DNA of 64,000 nt, taken from assembly GCA_026770705.1 (NCBI GenBank), contig JANJGN010000034.1, positions 15,748,001 through 15,812,000 on the forward strand, written 5' to 3'. The notes below the pieces were generated by a model. It was not told the DNA's origin. It saw only the letters and a program-made list of their open reading frames with translations, and did no database searches. This document shows positions 1 through 12,260 of the stretch, piece after piece; position 1 is the stretch's first letter, and the number at the start of each line of letters is the position of its first letter. The DNA comes from Isurus oxyrinchus. Its lineage: Eukaryota. A program made the translations under genes and the position numbers.

Positions 1-59
1 TCCTGATTCCCCCCTCCCTTTGATCACTGCTGAAATGTTCCAGCAGTCACAGCACTTAC

Positions 60-117
60 CTGAAACAGCAGCAACAACACTGAGCAGCAGCAGGAGTAGT
101 TTCTGTAAGTTGTGTCC
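60..117 (-). CDS. Gene G1 leader (signal peptide) exon; gene runs off the window start
   Basis: ttcttgttgcag|GGA...TCA G|gtaagt encodes GHNLQKLLLLLLSVVAAVS(G), phase 0 to 1. Mirror of 58237-58294. Confidence 0.8.
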
Positions 118-227
118 CTGCAACAAGAAACCACAGTTACCCCCTTTACAACAGATTCACTTCTGGTTGATGACTGGGCTGGGCCCAGCTAAGCGCATGT
201 GTAGGTTTGATCCCCGCCCCTTTTTAC

Positions 228-245
228 CTGCAGCTCCTTTTCCAT
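228..245 (-). CDS. Gene G1 candidate first coding micro-exon MEKELQ
   Basis: ATG GAA AAG GAG CTG CAG|gtaaaa. The phase-0 donor matches the leader exon acceptor 110 nt downstream. Confidence 0.55.
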
Positions 246-654
246 CCATTCCGGCCAATACAAGCTTAAAGGTAAAAGTCGATCCTTTCACCATTTCAAA
301 AATCTACAGCGATCCGATAGAGGAAACTGGCTTTTTATTCACGAATAGAACTGCAGCATCTCAATCAACACATCCGAAAACTACCGGCCGCTCAGTCTCT
401 CCCTTTACCTCAAAACAACTCGTTTGTCTCATTCTCTCTTTCTGGGCGCACCCGCTCCACTGAATAAACCAGGAAAAACACCCTCTGCTGTGAGAAAACT
501 GCAGCAAAGACTGAAATATCCGAGCAGCCAGAGATATGTGGCTTTCAGCTAAATTATATACCAAATAAACAATCCCACAGTGACTCCGGACTGAAAACCC
601 GCTCGTGCAGCAGCCAAGAGCGGGTGGATAAAATACAAACAGGTAAAAACAGAG

Positions 655-1012
655 AGTTCAGTGAGAATAAACCCGCAGTCTGGTTCCTGTATTAAAGGGG
701 TTCAGTCAGATAAACGCAGAGTATGGTTCCTGTATTAAAGGGGTTCAGCGAGAATAAACCCAGAGTTTGGTTCCTGTATTGAAAGGGTTCAGCGAGAATA
801 AACCCAGAGTTTGGTTCCTGTATTAAAGGGGTCCAGTGAGAATAAACCCAGAGTCTGGTTCCTGTATTAAAGGGGTTCAGTGAGAATAAACCCAGAGTCT
901 GGTTCCTGTATTAAAGGGTTCAGTCAGATAAACCCAATGTCTGATTCCTGTATTAAAGGGGTTCAGTGAGAATAAACCCAGAGTCCGGTTCCTGTATTAA
1001 AGGGGTCCAGTC
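655..1012. repeat. 41-42-bp tandem array (ggggttcagtgagaataaacccagagtctggttcctgtattaaa), about 8-9 units
   Basis: Directly visible. Mirror at 57258-57700. Short copies at 23878-23965, 31685-31730 and 35118-35205. Confidence 0.95.
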
Positions 1013-1067
1013 ACATGATGGAGCTACTGAGTTCAGTATTGCAGGGACATTTGAGCATTTTTGATAA

Positions 1068-1740
1068 CAAGACTTGCATTGATATAGCACCTTTCATGGC
1101 CACAGGATGTCCCAAAGTGATTTATAATCAACAAAATACTTTACTACTTACAATAAAATAATATACTAACTGTGAAGTGAAGTCTTTTTGAACCATGGTA
1201 ATGCATGAAATGCGGCAATTAATTTGCGCACAGTTAACTCCCACAAATGCTGGCTCAGGACAAAAGCAGATCTCACCTGTTTTTAATGATGTGGGTTCAG
1301 GGATAAATATTGGGCTCAGGTCTTCGGGAAAACTCGCCCTGCTTAACTTCTAAATAGTGGCCATGGGATTTTTCTCATTTCTCTGAGAGCAGACAGGCTT
1401 CGGTTTAATGTTTCATCCAAACAACAGCATATCCAACAGTGTGGGTCTCCCAATCTGTAGACCCTCCGACAATGCAGCATTCCCTCAGTACTGACCCTCC
1501 GACAATGCAGCATTCCCTCAGTACTGACCCTCCGACAATGCAGCATTCCCTCAGTACTGACCCTCCGACAGTACAGTGTCCCCTCAATACTGATCCTCTG
1601 ACAGTGCAGTTCCCCCTCAGTACTGAAAGTCAGAAAATGCAGTACTCCCTCAGTATTGCACTGGGAATGTTAGACTGGATCTGGGGCTCATGTCTCTGGA
1701 ATGGGATTCAGAAGTGAGAGTGTTCCCCACTCAGTCATTG
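1068..1740 (-). mobile_element. Deu-domain SINE (SacSINE1/AmnSINE-like) with internal 33-bp tandem expansion
   Basis: Reverse strand reads cagtactgagggagtgctgcactgtcggagg...atcccatggccactattt...aatatttatccct...gctatatcaatgcaagtctt, recognised from memory as the shark DeuSINE body and tail. Confidence 0.75.
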
Positions 1741-2764
1741 TCGGACTTTAATACAGACACTCAGCACTGGATCAATGCTGTCCTGAATTGTTCCCAGTAG
1801 ATGTGAAACCCAGTCTATACATTCAAGGCTGAGAGGTTTTGACTCAAAGGGATATGATGATCAGATGGAAAGTGGAGTTGATGGAGAAGATCAGGCACGA
1901 TCTTATTGAGGGGGCAAGTTTTGAGGGGATGAATGGCCTCCTCCTGCTCCTATTTCTGATGTGTTTGGAATGGATGTTCCCAGTGTGGGATGGACAATCT
2001 TGCCTATTCCCTTGTCCCTTACAGTGTGTAGTCAAGACCCGACGGTGTGAGGGACTGAAACCTCCCTCAGCATCCCAACTACCCTGCGGTTCAGTGGGTA
2101 GCTCTGAGTCTGAAGGTCGTGAGTTCACAGAGCCGCTCCAGAGAGCTGAGCATGAAATTCAGGCCAACACCAGCTTCACTGCGATGCCAGATTAAACCTC
2201 CCCACATCACTTTTCCCTTCTTTGAGAATCTGCCTAAAACTTTTTTCCTCTAATATCCCCTCACGTGGATCTGGCTAAAGGGCCATCTGGACCCCAGAGG
2301 GAAAAGATGCCTCAGCCAGAGCAGCAGCTAATATTGATCTCAGTGCTCAGAGTGAGAGAGGGGAATGACTTGTTGACATTCCTGTCCTGGTCCCTGTCTG
2401 GAAACTCCTGCTGGACATCAGGATCAGGCTTCGATGCAATGTTACATAAGCTGCTGAATCTAAAGGATTTGTCTAACAAGGCTCTGCTCCCAGCAGCGAG
2501 TCTTCCTACACAGTGAATGTAGTCACAGAGAAAGGGCTACAACACAGCTGGTCAAATGTTCCAACGCTCACTTACCCTGAATGAGGATCCACATTGAGGA
2601 TTAAACCTTGTGAAATTAAATCCCCTCTGTCAAAACTCTGACAGATGAAGGATGGATGTTTATGTGGGGCTAACGGAGGGTGACAGGTATCCACATGTCA
2701 CCATGATTCAGTGGGTAACACTCTCACTCAGAGTCTGAAGGTTGTGGGTTTAAACCCCACTCCA

Positions 2765-3240
2765 GGCTGGTGGGGTGGAAGGTGAGGACAAGGGGACTCC
2801 TAACGTGGTCTTCGGGGGTGGGGGGTCAGAGGGGTGAGAGCATAAGTGCAGGAAATGGGATGGGGGTCTTGTTAACCACATTGCTGGGGAATTGGTTAAG
2901 GAAAAAGATCAGTTCTACGATCAGAACAGATGTTACCAAGTGGGAGAAAATTGTGAGAAGTATCGTCGAGGTAGCTGTGGGATTGGGTGGGATTCTAGTG
3001 AATATTCTTTGACAGGAGATCCCCAGAAATTCAGTCATCATCATCAACGTAGCAGTAAAAGAGGTGGGGGATGGGGCCCAAGTAGGACTGGACCAAGGAA
3101 AGTTCCACATATCCTACTAAAAGGCCGGCAGAGCTAGTGTCCACGTGGGTGCTAATAGCTCACACCTTTGATGTAAAGTGAATGAGTGGAGGTAAAGGTG
3201 AGAACAAGTTCAGCCAGGTGGAGAAGGATGGAGGCAGGAG
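2765..3240 (-). mobile_element. Old decayed Penelope-like RT fragment (copies at ~28935-29550 and ~54895-55490)
   Basis: gtgaggacaagggg and gtgagaacaagttcagccag match the RT/thumb region of the young element at 22960-23610. Confidence 0.7.
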
Positions 3241-4740
3241 GAGAAACTGGCAGCCAAAGAGAATTTGTGTTTTTGGGGGCTGCAATGTAACTCCATTTAT
3301 ATTAAAAGAGAATTTTTCCTTAAAAGGTGTCTGCAATTCAGTTGTCTGGGCCCCAAGCTCTGGAAAACTGATCTCATTTTCATCCTCTGACCTAATGCCT
3401 CCAGATGTGGTTTGGTATCAAATTCTCTTTTATAATGCTCTGTGAAGCACCTTGGGACATTTAAAAAACACCTTTAACATTATAAAATACAACTTGTTCA
3501 TGACGAGATTCAGGAACAAGTCTGGACTCCTGTCATTATTCAGTTGCTATTGTGATGTGTGAATACTATTTCCAAGTTCCTGTATTTTCTCTCCGTGTCT
3601 GTATAAGGGTTTCCACCTGTGAAGAAGTTGAATCGCTCTGTTTGTTCATGCCAAAACCATTTCCACCCCAGGAAAGGTGAAGGGAGATCACACACTCCCT
3701 CCGTCCCAATCCCTTCCCTTCCCCTAATGCCCAATCACCAGAGGTGCTGACTGCATGATCACTCCTGGCCTCCGGAAGTTCCCACAATCACAGATACCAG
3801 TCTTCAGCCAATCTCATTCACTTCTCACATCGGGAGACTTACTGCCTGCAGACAGCATGACCTCTGTTCAGGCAGTGACTACCAGAGTCATTAAACATCA
3901 GACTGTAGATCCACTCATTTCAGCATCGGTCTATCTTTAATTAGACCTTGGATCAAAAATGACATGTAGAAAAGTAAGAAATATACCTGACAAATGTATA
4001 GACACATACAAAAATATTTAGATTAGAAATTTTAGACATCCTTTGTCAAATATGATCAATTACTGTTTGGAATAAAAGCTGCATTTAAAAAAGGCAAGAT
4101 TCAAATATACCAAATGTATCTGCATCATTTCTGGCAAGAAACAGTTTCAATCTGTAAACTATCTACAATCTGAATTCTGGCTGTAAAACACTTGCTGACA
4201 ATAATGTCGTTGCTGGCTTTTGCCCAGAGGGAGTTTCTGAAGCCTCTTCCCATGTTCAACACTGTGGAAGCAGCATCACTACAAGGGCTGCAGTGTTTAA
4301 AATTGAGACGGACAATAAACGGGACCCTGGCAGCATCACCCACACTGAGAACAAGTGAATAAACTCATCAGAAATTACCTGATGTTCCCACTCATTCATC
4401 AGTAGGAAGTTACCATCTCACACAGGGAGTGATCAATGGGTACACAGCTAAAGATGGTCCTGTACGTTCCTGAGACTAGGTTTAGACACAGGCTGTAACA
4501 GGAATGCAGACAGATAATGCAGAGAATGAAATACTTGGAGAGCTTTTCTAGTAAATGGAGAATACTTCCACTGGGAGATTCCCTCCTGAGATTGTGCTGG
4601 TCAGGACGGTTTGTGCAAAGTGGGAAGTGATTGTTGATCCCAATCCTGAGCTCAGACATTCCACCAGGAATCACTAGATAACCACAATACTGGCCTGATT
4701 TTCCCCTCCCTGACACATGCTCAGTGCAGGGGAAACTCAG

Positions 4741-4850
4741 CTAGTGCTGGACAGACCTGATCCCCTGAAGGTTTTCTTCTCCAGCCGCTCCATCCTGCTG
4801 CTCAGGTGCTGTTGTCACAAGGCCCCGTGCGTCACCCCAACAGGTCACCT
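4741..4850 (-). other. Possible terminal cytoplasmic exon of G2 (EVTCWGDARGLVTTAPEQQDGAAGEENLQGIRSVQH*); mirror starts at 53286
   Basis: gtcgcag acceptor with an open phase-1 frame and hydrophilic composition. Its link to upstream exons is unresolved. Confidence 0.3.
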
Positions 4851-5592
4851 CTGCGACAACGTAAGATGCTTCATTTTGATTGATATGGTGTCTACTTTGT
4901 TTCCCAGGAGAGAAAAACCAGCAGAGTTCAGGTGACATTAAAAGAATCCAACACTTTGGACAAGTGTGTAAAGGAGCCGTTCAGGAGCACAGACCAATTA
5001 AATTACACTCAACATCCTGGGTACCAATAGCAGCTGGAAAATGGGTCACAGGAGCCGCATGGTGATGGAGCACAGACTGTAGAGGAGAGGAGGCTCATAG
5101 GGGAAGCAATGGGCAAGAGGTGGACACTCCACAGGAGCTGTGCTGACCGACAGAGGAAGGGTCAGTGGATAGAGTTAGAAATCCTGCAATCGTCCCTCCT
5201 CCCACTGCGAGGGGTGTATGTGGGGACAGGCGGTGAACATGGAGATGTGGATATTGAGTGAAACAAGGGAATCCAAGATGGACTTCCCAGTGACTAAATC
5301 ATCAAATATCCGGGTTAAAGGGCGGTGATTTGAAAAGTGTAGGAGGAGACTGAACAGCAACAACTTGCATTTATATAGCCCAATTCCTTCACCGGCCTAT
5401 ATCTCTTTGCAGCCTCTTTGTATCCTCCTCAGTTTACTTTCCCATTGAGCTTTGTATCATCAGCAAAATTGGACATATTACACTCTATCCCCTCACCTAA
5501 GTCTTTGATCTAGATTGTGAATAACTGATGATTCAGCACCAGTTACATTGTGAGCTTTAATCTTGTGGAACAGCCTGTTGTGTGGCACCTGA

Positions 5593-6181
5593 TCAAATTC
5601 CTTCTGAAATTCCAAATATATTCCTCATCCACTCGCCGAGCACCAGTACCCGAGGCTGGAGCTCGCCGAGCACCAGTAGCCGAGGCTGGAGCTCGCCGAG
5701 CACCAGTAGCCGAGGCTGGAGCTCGCCGAGCACCAGTAGCCGAGGCTGGAGCTCGCCGAGCACCAGTAGCCGAGGCTGCAGCTCGCCGAGCACCAGTAGC
5801 CGAGGCTGGAGCTCGCCGAGCACCAGTAGCCAAGGCTGGAGCTCGCCGAGCACCAGGACCCGAGGCTGGAGCTCGCCGAGCACCAGTAGCCGAGGCTGGA
5901 GCTCGCCGAGCACCAGTACCCGAGGCTGGAGCTCGCCGAGCACCAGTACCCGAGGCTGGAGCTCGCCGAGCACCAGTACCCGAGTCTGGAGCTCGCCATG
6001 CACCAGTACCCGAGTCTGGAGCTCGCCGAGCTCCAGTACCCGAGTCCGCAGCTCGCCGGGCACCTGTACCCAAGTCCGCAGCTCTCTGGGCCCTCCTGCT
6101 GAAGCGATCGGATCCAACCTCCGCCCGGGACACAAAATCTCCAGGCAGTTTCCCCCTCCTCTCAAGATGCTAGCTAACTGA
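5593..6181 (-). CDS. G2 candidate cytoplasmic exon: QLASILRGGGNCLEILCPGRR...(LGELQPRLLV)n...[13 protein letters not shown]
   Basis: Acceptor tactgatctttttcacag|T. Only the phase-2 frame is open after it, and the TM exon ends in phase 2 (TG|). Part of ORF 5593-6372. Confidence 0.45.
5632..6085. repeat. 30-bp GC-rich minisatellite (gctcgccgagcaccagtagccgaggctgga), about 15 units
   Basis: Directly visible. Unit length is divisible by 3. Confidence 0.97.
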
Positions 6182-7312
6182 CTGTGAAAAAGATCAGTAA
6201 CCAGTGCCCTGTAGTTTTGGGTTGTGTCCAGGGATAGGCTGGGAGCCAAAACTGAATCACAGGGTCGCACTAACAGTAAATCTGCCACTGACAATGGAAT
6301 ATCCACAAGTGTCTGCTGTAGAGAATTCCAAACAGCCAGGCGGAAATAGCCTTTCAACATCAACCCTGTCAAGACAGAATATTATGTTTCATGGTGATCA
6401 TTCTCTTTTTGAACTTCAGAGAATGCAGATCCATTTTACTTATTCTCTCCTTGTCGGTCACCCCAGTGAACCCAGGATTGAGCCTACTGAACCTTTGTTA
6501 CACTCCCTTATCACTCCATCACTCCCTCAAGTCACACATAACCTGCCTAGGAGAAGCAGACCAAACTATACACAGTTCTCCCGGCTTTGGTCCAATCCAT
6601 GCCCCATATAAACTGCAGTGAATCTTCCTCACTCTTCTACTCCAAACACTTGCAATAAAGGCTAACCTCCTATTTACCTTCCAAATCATCCGCATGTTAA
6701 GTTGGTGATTTGTGTATAAATCACTCCAAATGTCTTTTACCGATGTCCTGCCTTGAAAATATATTCTACTTTTCCATTTTCCAAATGTTCACAATTTCAA
6801 CATTATACTCCATCTGCCTCCATTTTTGCCCAATTACTTCACCGGCCTATATCTCTTTGCAGCCTCTTTGTATCCTCCTCAGCTTACTTTCCCATTGAGC
6901 TTTGTATCATCAGCAAAATTGGACATATTACACTCTATCCCCTCACCTCAGTCATTGATCTAGACTGTGAATAACTGATGATTCAGCACCAGTTACATTG
7001 TGAGCCCTAATCTTGTGGAACAACCTGTTGTGTGGCACCTGATCAAATTCCTTCCGATATTCCAAATATATTGCTCATCCACTGGTTCCCCCAGAAGGAT
7101 AATATTTGTTCATTTTCAATCCATGGGGAATGTTCAGCAGCTACAGGATGACAAGCTGGAAGTGATTGGATAATGCTGCTCAATGATAGGGTGGATTGAA
7201 GCATCCTCACAGCTCAGTAAATGGACAGGTTTAGATGTCAGCAACATTTAAGAGAACATTATAAAACAAAAACAGGATTAAAATGGAAACAATGAAACAT
7301 TCTAGAACTCAC

Positions 7313-7442
7313 CATGTTTGTCGCCTTTGGAATACACAAACCGCAATTCCAGAAAGCAAAACTCCAGCAAAAAAACCAACAGCAACTCCAACTCCAATTC
7401 CAAATCCAAATCCAGGCCGTGCTCCTGTACAAAGTACAGGAC
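7313..7442 (-). CDS. G2 transmembrane exon (GPVLCTGARPGFGFGIGVGVAVGFFAGVLLSGIAVCVFQRRQT)
   Basis: tctctag|GT...ACA TG|gtgagt. Hydrophobic span followed by basic stop-transfer QRRQ. Phase 1 to 2. Confidence 0.85.
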
Positions 7443-8184
7443 CTAGAGACAGAATGAAGACATTAACAGACTGGGACACACTTACATAACTAACAGCAGA
7501 GATCATTAGCATCTAGTGTTTCAGAACCAGCCCCAGTACAAACAGATCCCTGGTTAATTCTAGTCCTGGTGGGATGTGGGAGGTTACATACCAATAATCA
7601 CACACACACCAGGCCACCTACAGCTCCGTGCACACAAACACTGTACCACAATGTGTCCAATACATGCTTTCCAATAGAGATAACTGGACACTGACCAGCA
7701 GCAGCCTCCCTTCAATTAAAGCTAACAACCTGCTGAAAGAGAGAAGGGGAATTTTAAAAAAATAATGTTTTTTGGCTGGGAATGCAATGAGGTTGGATGG
7801 GTTACCAGTTTGTACCCAGATCAATATGATTCTCCACTGAATTCAATGTTGACGATTCCCCGGGTCACTCCCTCCCGACTGTATATCACTGTGCCCACAC
7901 CTCTGTTGGGTCTGTCCTGCTGGTGGGACAGGACATGCCCAGGGATGGTGATAGAGGAGTCTGAGATGTAGGGCTGATTCTGAGAGTATGATTATGTCAC
8001 ACAGCTCTCCCAACTTGGACACAAGTCCCCAGATGTTAGTGAAGGAACATTGCAGAGTTGACTGGGCTGGGTGTGTCTTTGTTGTTTCCTGATTCGATAC
8101 CTGGGTCTCAACCAGTGATCCGTTCAGTTTCGTTCCGTTTTTTCTGTCTCACGGTTTGATACAACCTGAATGAAGTGGCCGAGT

Positions 8185-8490
8185 AAGTCAGAGGACAGTT
8201 AAAAGTCAACCAGGTTAATGTGGGACTGGAGTCACAGAGACCAGACTGGTTAAGGACGGCAGGTTTCCTTCACTAAAGGGACATTTGTGAACCAGTTGGG
8301 GTTTTACAATAATCCAACAGCTTCAGGGTCACTTTTATTGGGACCAGCTTGATATTTCCCAGATTTTAAATTTAAATTCAGTTAATTAATTAAAATGCCA
8401 TCGTGGGTCTGAATTCACATTGTGTGGGTGATTAGTCCAGGCCTCCGGATTTCTAGTCTAGTAACATAATCACTGCACTACCAAACCCAT
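8185..8490 (-). mobile_element. Shark tRNA-type SINE (paralogous copies at ~49745-50050, ~63440-63720, ~62195-62575, ~44950-45190, ~12760-12995)
   Basis: Shared motifs ttcaaatcccaccatggca, gtgaccctgaagctgttggattgttgtaaaaccc and gtgactccagtcccaca. Confidence 0.7.
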
Positions 8491-8535
8491 CACTCAGAGA
8501 TTAAATACAGGACACCTGAAACAGAAACTTCTCAC

Positions 8536-8807
8536 CTCTTACAGAGAGATGGATGTGATCAGTGTGCTCCCAGTGTAACCCTGCACCTGTTCTCTTGTAA
8601 ATCTGACATCGATCCTGGTTCTGGTCTGACTTCCTGAGGTCAGAGATTAGAACTGACCTGTTGCCTTATTCCAGTTGATCAGTGAACAGGTTTGTTCTGT
8701 TTCTGAACTGTGGGTCTTGTCCTGTCACTTCCCATTCCCATTGACAAATTTCACACTCAGATACCCCCCAGGCTACCAGTAAATCTGAGACTGGGACATT
8801 CCCTTTG
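8536..8807 (-). pseudogene. 5'-truncated second IgV pseudo-exon (V2) in the G2 intron
   Basis: Reverse strand encodes ...QDPQFRNRTNLFTDQLE*GNRSVLISDLRKSDQNQDRCQIY. In-frame TAA. About 600 bp including the exon start is deleted relative to arm B 48828-49428. Confidence 0.85.
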
Positions 8808-9150
8808 AAATCTGAAACAAAAATTGCTGCAAAAACTCAGCAGGTCTGACAGCATCTGTGGAGAGGAAGACAGAGTTAATGTTTTGAGTCTGTTGGACTC
8901 TACATCAGAACTAAAGGGGATCAGAAATGTGGTGAAATATAAGCTGTTTAAGGGGGGGTGGGACAGGTGGAGCTGGACAGAGGGCCAGTGATAAGTGGAG
9001 GCAATGGAGAGATTGCTAAAGATGTAATAAATAAAGGGACAAAGGGGTGTTGACGGCAGTGATATTAGCTAAAGGATGTGCTAATGGTGACATTAATGGT
9101 AGAAAGCAGGATAAGCAAGTGACAGATGGCCCTTCTGGGGTGGGGTGGGG
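8808..9150 (-). mobile_element. Old Penelope pLTR-derived element with degenerate hammerhead (mirror ~48490-48850)
   Basis: aaaactcagcaggtctg...aaatataagctg(t)ttaag, same layout as the young pLTRs. HHR-like stretch at 8874-8912. Confidence 0.7.
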
Positions 9151-9159
9151 TGAAGGGAT

Positions 9160-12100
9160 CCTAATATCCTCACCAGGACGTTTGGTCGTGCTGTTGGGGA
9201 AGGTTTAAACTTGATTGGCAGGGGGATGGGAACCTGGGGTGGGTAAATTCAGAGTGCAGAGGAGAAAAACTGGCAGTGGGAAGTAGAGAAATATCAACTC
9301 ATAATGAGGATATATCAGAGAGATGCATCAAGGTAGATAGGATATCTGGAGAGTTTGCTAGAATTAGAGTTGGCAACAGTAAGACATTAGGTGGGGTCAG
9401 GATAAGGGGGAAAAGAAAAAGCCGAAATAAGGGCTAATGTGCATGTATGTGAATGCACAGAGTGTGATTAATAAGACTGGTGAACCGCAGGCACAGGTTG
9501 ACAAGTGGAATTATGATATTATCGCTATAACAGAGACCTGGCTCAAAGAAGGGCAGGACAGGGCATTAAATATTCCTGGGTAAAAGGTGTTTAGGAGCGA
9601 CAGGAAAGGAAGAAACAGGAAAGGAGTGACAATATTGGTTAACGATAGCATTACAGTACTGGACAGAGAGGATGTTCCAGAGGAGTCAGGGATGGAATCT
9701 CTCTGCCTAGAGGTAAGGAATGGGAAAGGTGCAATAACATTGATTGGTGTGGTATATAGAGCACCAACTAGTGGAAGGGATGTGGAGAAACAAATTTGCA
9801 AAAGAAATTATGGAGACGTGCAAGAGTTATAGAGAATCATACGGGTACCTTCCATCCTCCAAATATAGACTGGGATAGGAATAGTACAAAACATAAGAGG
9901 GGCGAGAGTGTTCCTGGAACGTGTTCAAGATCATTTTCTACAGCAGTATGTTTCCATCCAACAAGAAGACCTGCACTTTTGGACCTGATTCTGGGAAATG
10001 TGTTGGCTCATGTGGATCAAATATCAGTGGGAGAGCATCTACAGGATAGTGACCATGTATCATAAGGTTTAGGTTAATCACGGAAAAGGACAGAGAACAA
10101 TCCACAGCAGAAATAATTAATTGGAGGAGAGCAAACTTTAATGGGATGAGAATGCATCTGAGTTGAGTGAGTTGGAATCAAGTGTTGGCAGAAAAGACAA
10201 TGGCTGAACAATGGGCTGCCTTCAAACAAAAAGTATTCCAGGCAATATCAAGATGTATTCCTTTGAAGGGGAAAGGTCGGACAAATAAATCCAGAGTGTC
10301 CTGGATGATGAGACAGATAGCAGTAAAGATGAAAAGGAAGAAGTGCACGTACGACAGACGTCAGGTAGAAAATACAATGGAGAATCAGACTGAATATAGA
10401 GGGACTAGAAAGGATGTGAAGGACTAAAAAGTAAAGCAAGGAGAGAGCATGAAAAGAGGCTGGCAGCAAACAAAAAAAGGTATCTTAAGGTCATCTATAA
10501 GCAGGTAAACAATAAAAGGATAGTAAAAGGAAGAGTAGGGCTGATTAGGGACAAAAAAAAAAGGAAGCTGCATGTGGAGGATGGGGAAATTGCGCAGGTG
10601 TTGAACGAGTACTTTAAATCTGTCTTTACAAAGAAAACTTGTTATCCAGGCCGAGGTGGGACAGTAGGTAACTGGAACACTTACAATTGAGAGGAAGGTG
10701 GTGTTGGAAAGTCTACCTTTACTTAAAATATCAGTACCAGAAGTGGATGAGATGCATCCAAGGGTACTGAGAGGAGTGAGAGTGGAAATTACAGAGGCAC
10801 TAGTAATACTATTCCAATCTTCCTTAGGCACAGGGGAGGAGAAATGCAAATGTTACACCCTTATCCAAAAGTGGGTGCAAGGATAAAGCTGACAACTACA
10901 GGCCAGTCAGTTTGACACCAATGGGAGGGAAACTTCTGAAAACTATAGTACGGGATGAAATCAATAATCACTTAGACAAGTGCAGGATAATTAGGGAAAG
11001 CCAGCATGGATTCATCAGGGGAAAATCATGTATAACTAACTTGACGGAATGTTTTGAGGAGGTAACAGAGAAGGTTGATAAGGGCAATGCTGTTGATGTG
11101 GTGTATATGGATTTTCAAAAGGCATGTGATACAGTGCCACACAATAGACTTGAGTGGAATGAAAGGGAAAGTAGGCACTTGGATAAGAAATTGGCTGAGT
11201 GATAGGAAACAGAGAATAGTGATAAATGGTTGTTTTTCAGATTGAAGGAAGATTTGTAGTGGAGTTCCTCAGGGGTCAGTGTTTGGACCCTTGCTCTTCC
11301 TGACATATATTAATGACCTAGACTGTGGTGTGCAGGGCATGATTTCAAAATTTAAAGATGGTACAAAGATTAGAAATGTTATCAACTGTGATGGGAATAA
11401 TCCTGAACTTCAAAAGGACATAGGCATGTTGGTGGATTGGGCAGACAAGTAGCAGATGAAGTTCAATGCAGAGAAGAGTGAGGTGATTCATTTTGGCAGG
11501 AAAGATATGGTGAGAGAGTATAAAATAAAGGGAGATCCTCTAAAGGAGGTGCAGGAACAGAGAGATATTGATGTATATGTACTTTGGTCATTGAAGATGA
11601 TTGGGCATGTCCAGAGTGCAATTAATAAAGCATATAGTATCTTAGGGATTATTAATAGGGGTATTGAGTACAAGAGTAAGGAGGTCATGTTAAACTTGTA
11701 TAAGACACTAGTTAGGCCTCATCTGGAGTACTGCGTCCAGTTCTGGGTGCCATACTTGAGGAAAGATGGGAAGGCATTGGAGAGAGTACAGAGGAGATTC
11801 ACAAGGATAATTCCTGGGATGAAGAACTGGAGCTATGAGGATAGATTAGAGGTTGGGACTGTTTTCCTTGGAGAAAAGAAGGCTGAGAGGAGACTTGATA
11901 GAGGAATTCGAGATCCTGAGGGGTAAAGACAGGGTAAATAGTGAGAAACTGTTCCCACTCAGGAGATCATCAAGAACTAGAGGGCACAGATACAAAATAA
12001 TTGGTAAAGGAGTAAATGTGATGTGGGGAAAGTCTTTTTCACCCAGAGGGTGGTTGGAGTCTGGAACAAACTTCCTGAAAGGGTGGTGGAGGCAGGATCG

Positions 12101-12260
12101 ATCGAGGTATTCTAAAGAGAATCAGATTGCTCCCTGAAAAGAGAGAATGTGCAAGGTTATGGGGATAAGGCAGTGGAGTGAGACTAGGCAGATTGCTCTT
12201 TCAGAGAGCCAGTGCAAACACAATGAGCCAAATGTCCTCTTTCTGCACTGTAAAGATACT
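9160..12260 (+). mobile_element. Decayed CR1-type LINE (end of ORF1, then APE endonuclease and RT of ORF2)
   Basis: Fragments YDIIAITETW, GVVYRAP, ESQHGFIRGKSCITNL, DVVYMDFQKA, LYKTLVRPHLEYCVQFW. Many stops and frameshifts. Confidence 0.93.

Larger units (their letters stand above)
5387..7083. repeat. ~247-bp direct repeat (5387-5633 and 6837-7083) of decayed CR1 sequence bracketing the minisatellite exon
   Basis: cttcaccggcctatatctctttgc...ctcatccact occurs twice. Mirrored in arm B (~51142-51390 and ~52505-52750). Confidence 0.9.

Noticed and set aside
655-1012. 41-bp array (and the 61-bp, 40-bp and 30-bp arrays) as CRISPR
   Set aside because: Head-to-tail units with no unique spacers, no cas genes, and a vertebrate context.
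5543-6181. Overlapping ORFs with ARRAPVAEAG, GWSSPSTSSR, SASSSLGYWC and ARRAPASATG repeats as proteins
   Set aside because: By-products of a stop-poor 30-bp unit. Only the frame with a matching splice acceptor was kept, and only as a candidate.
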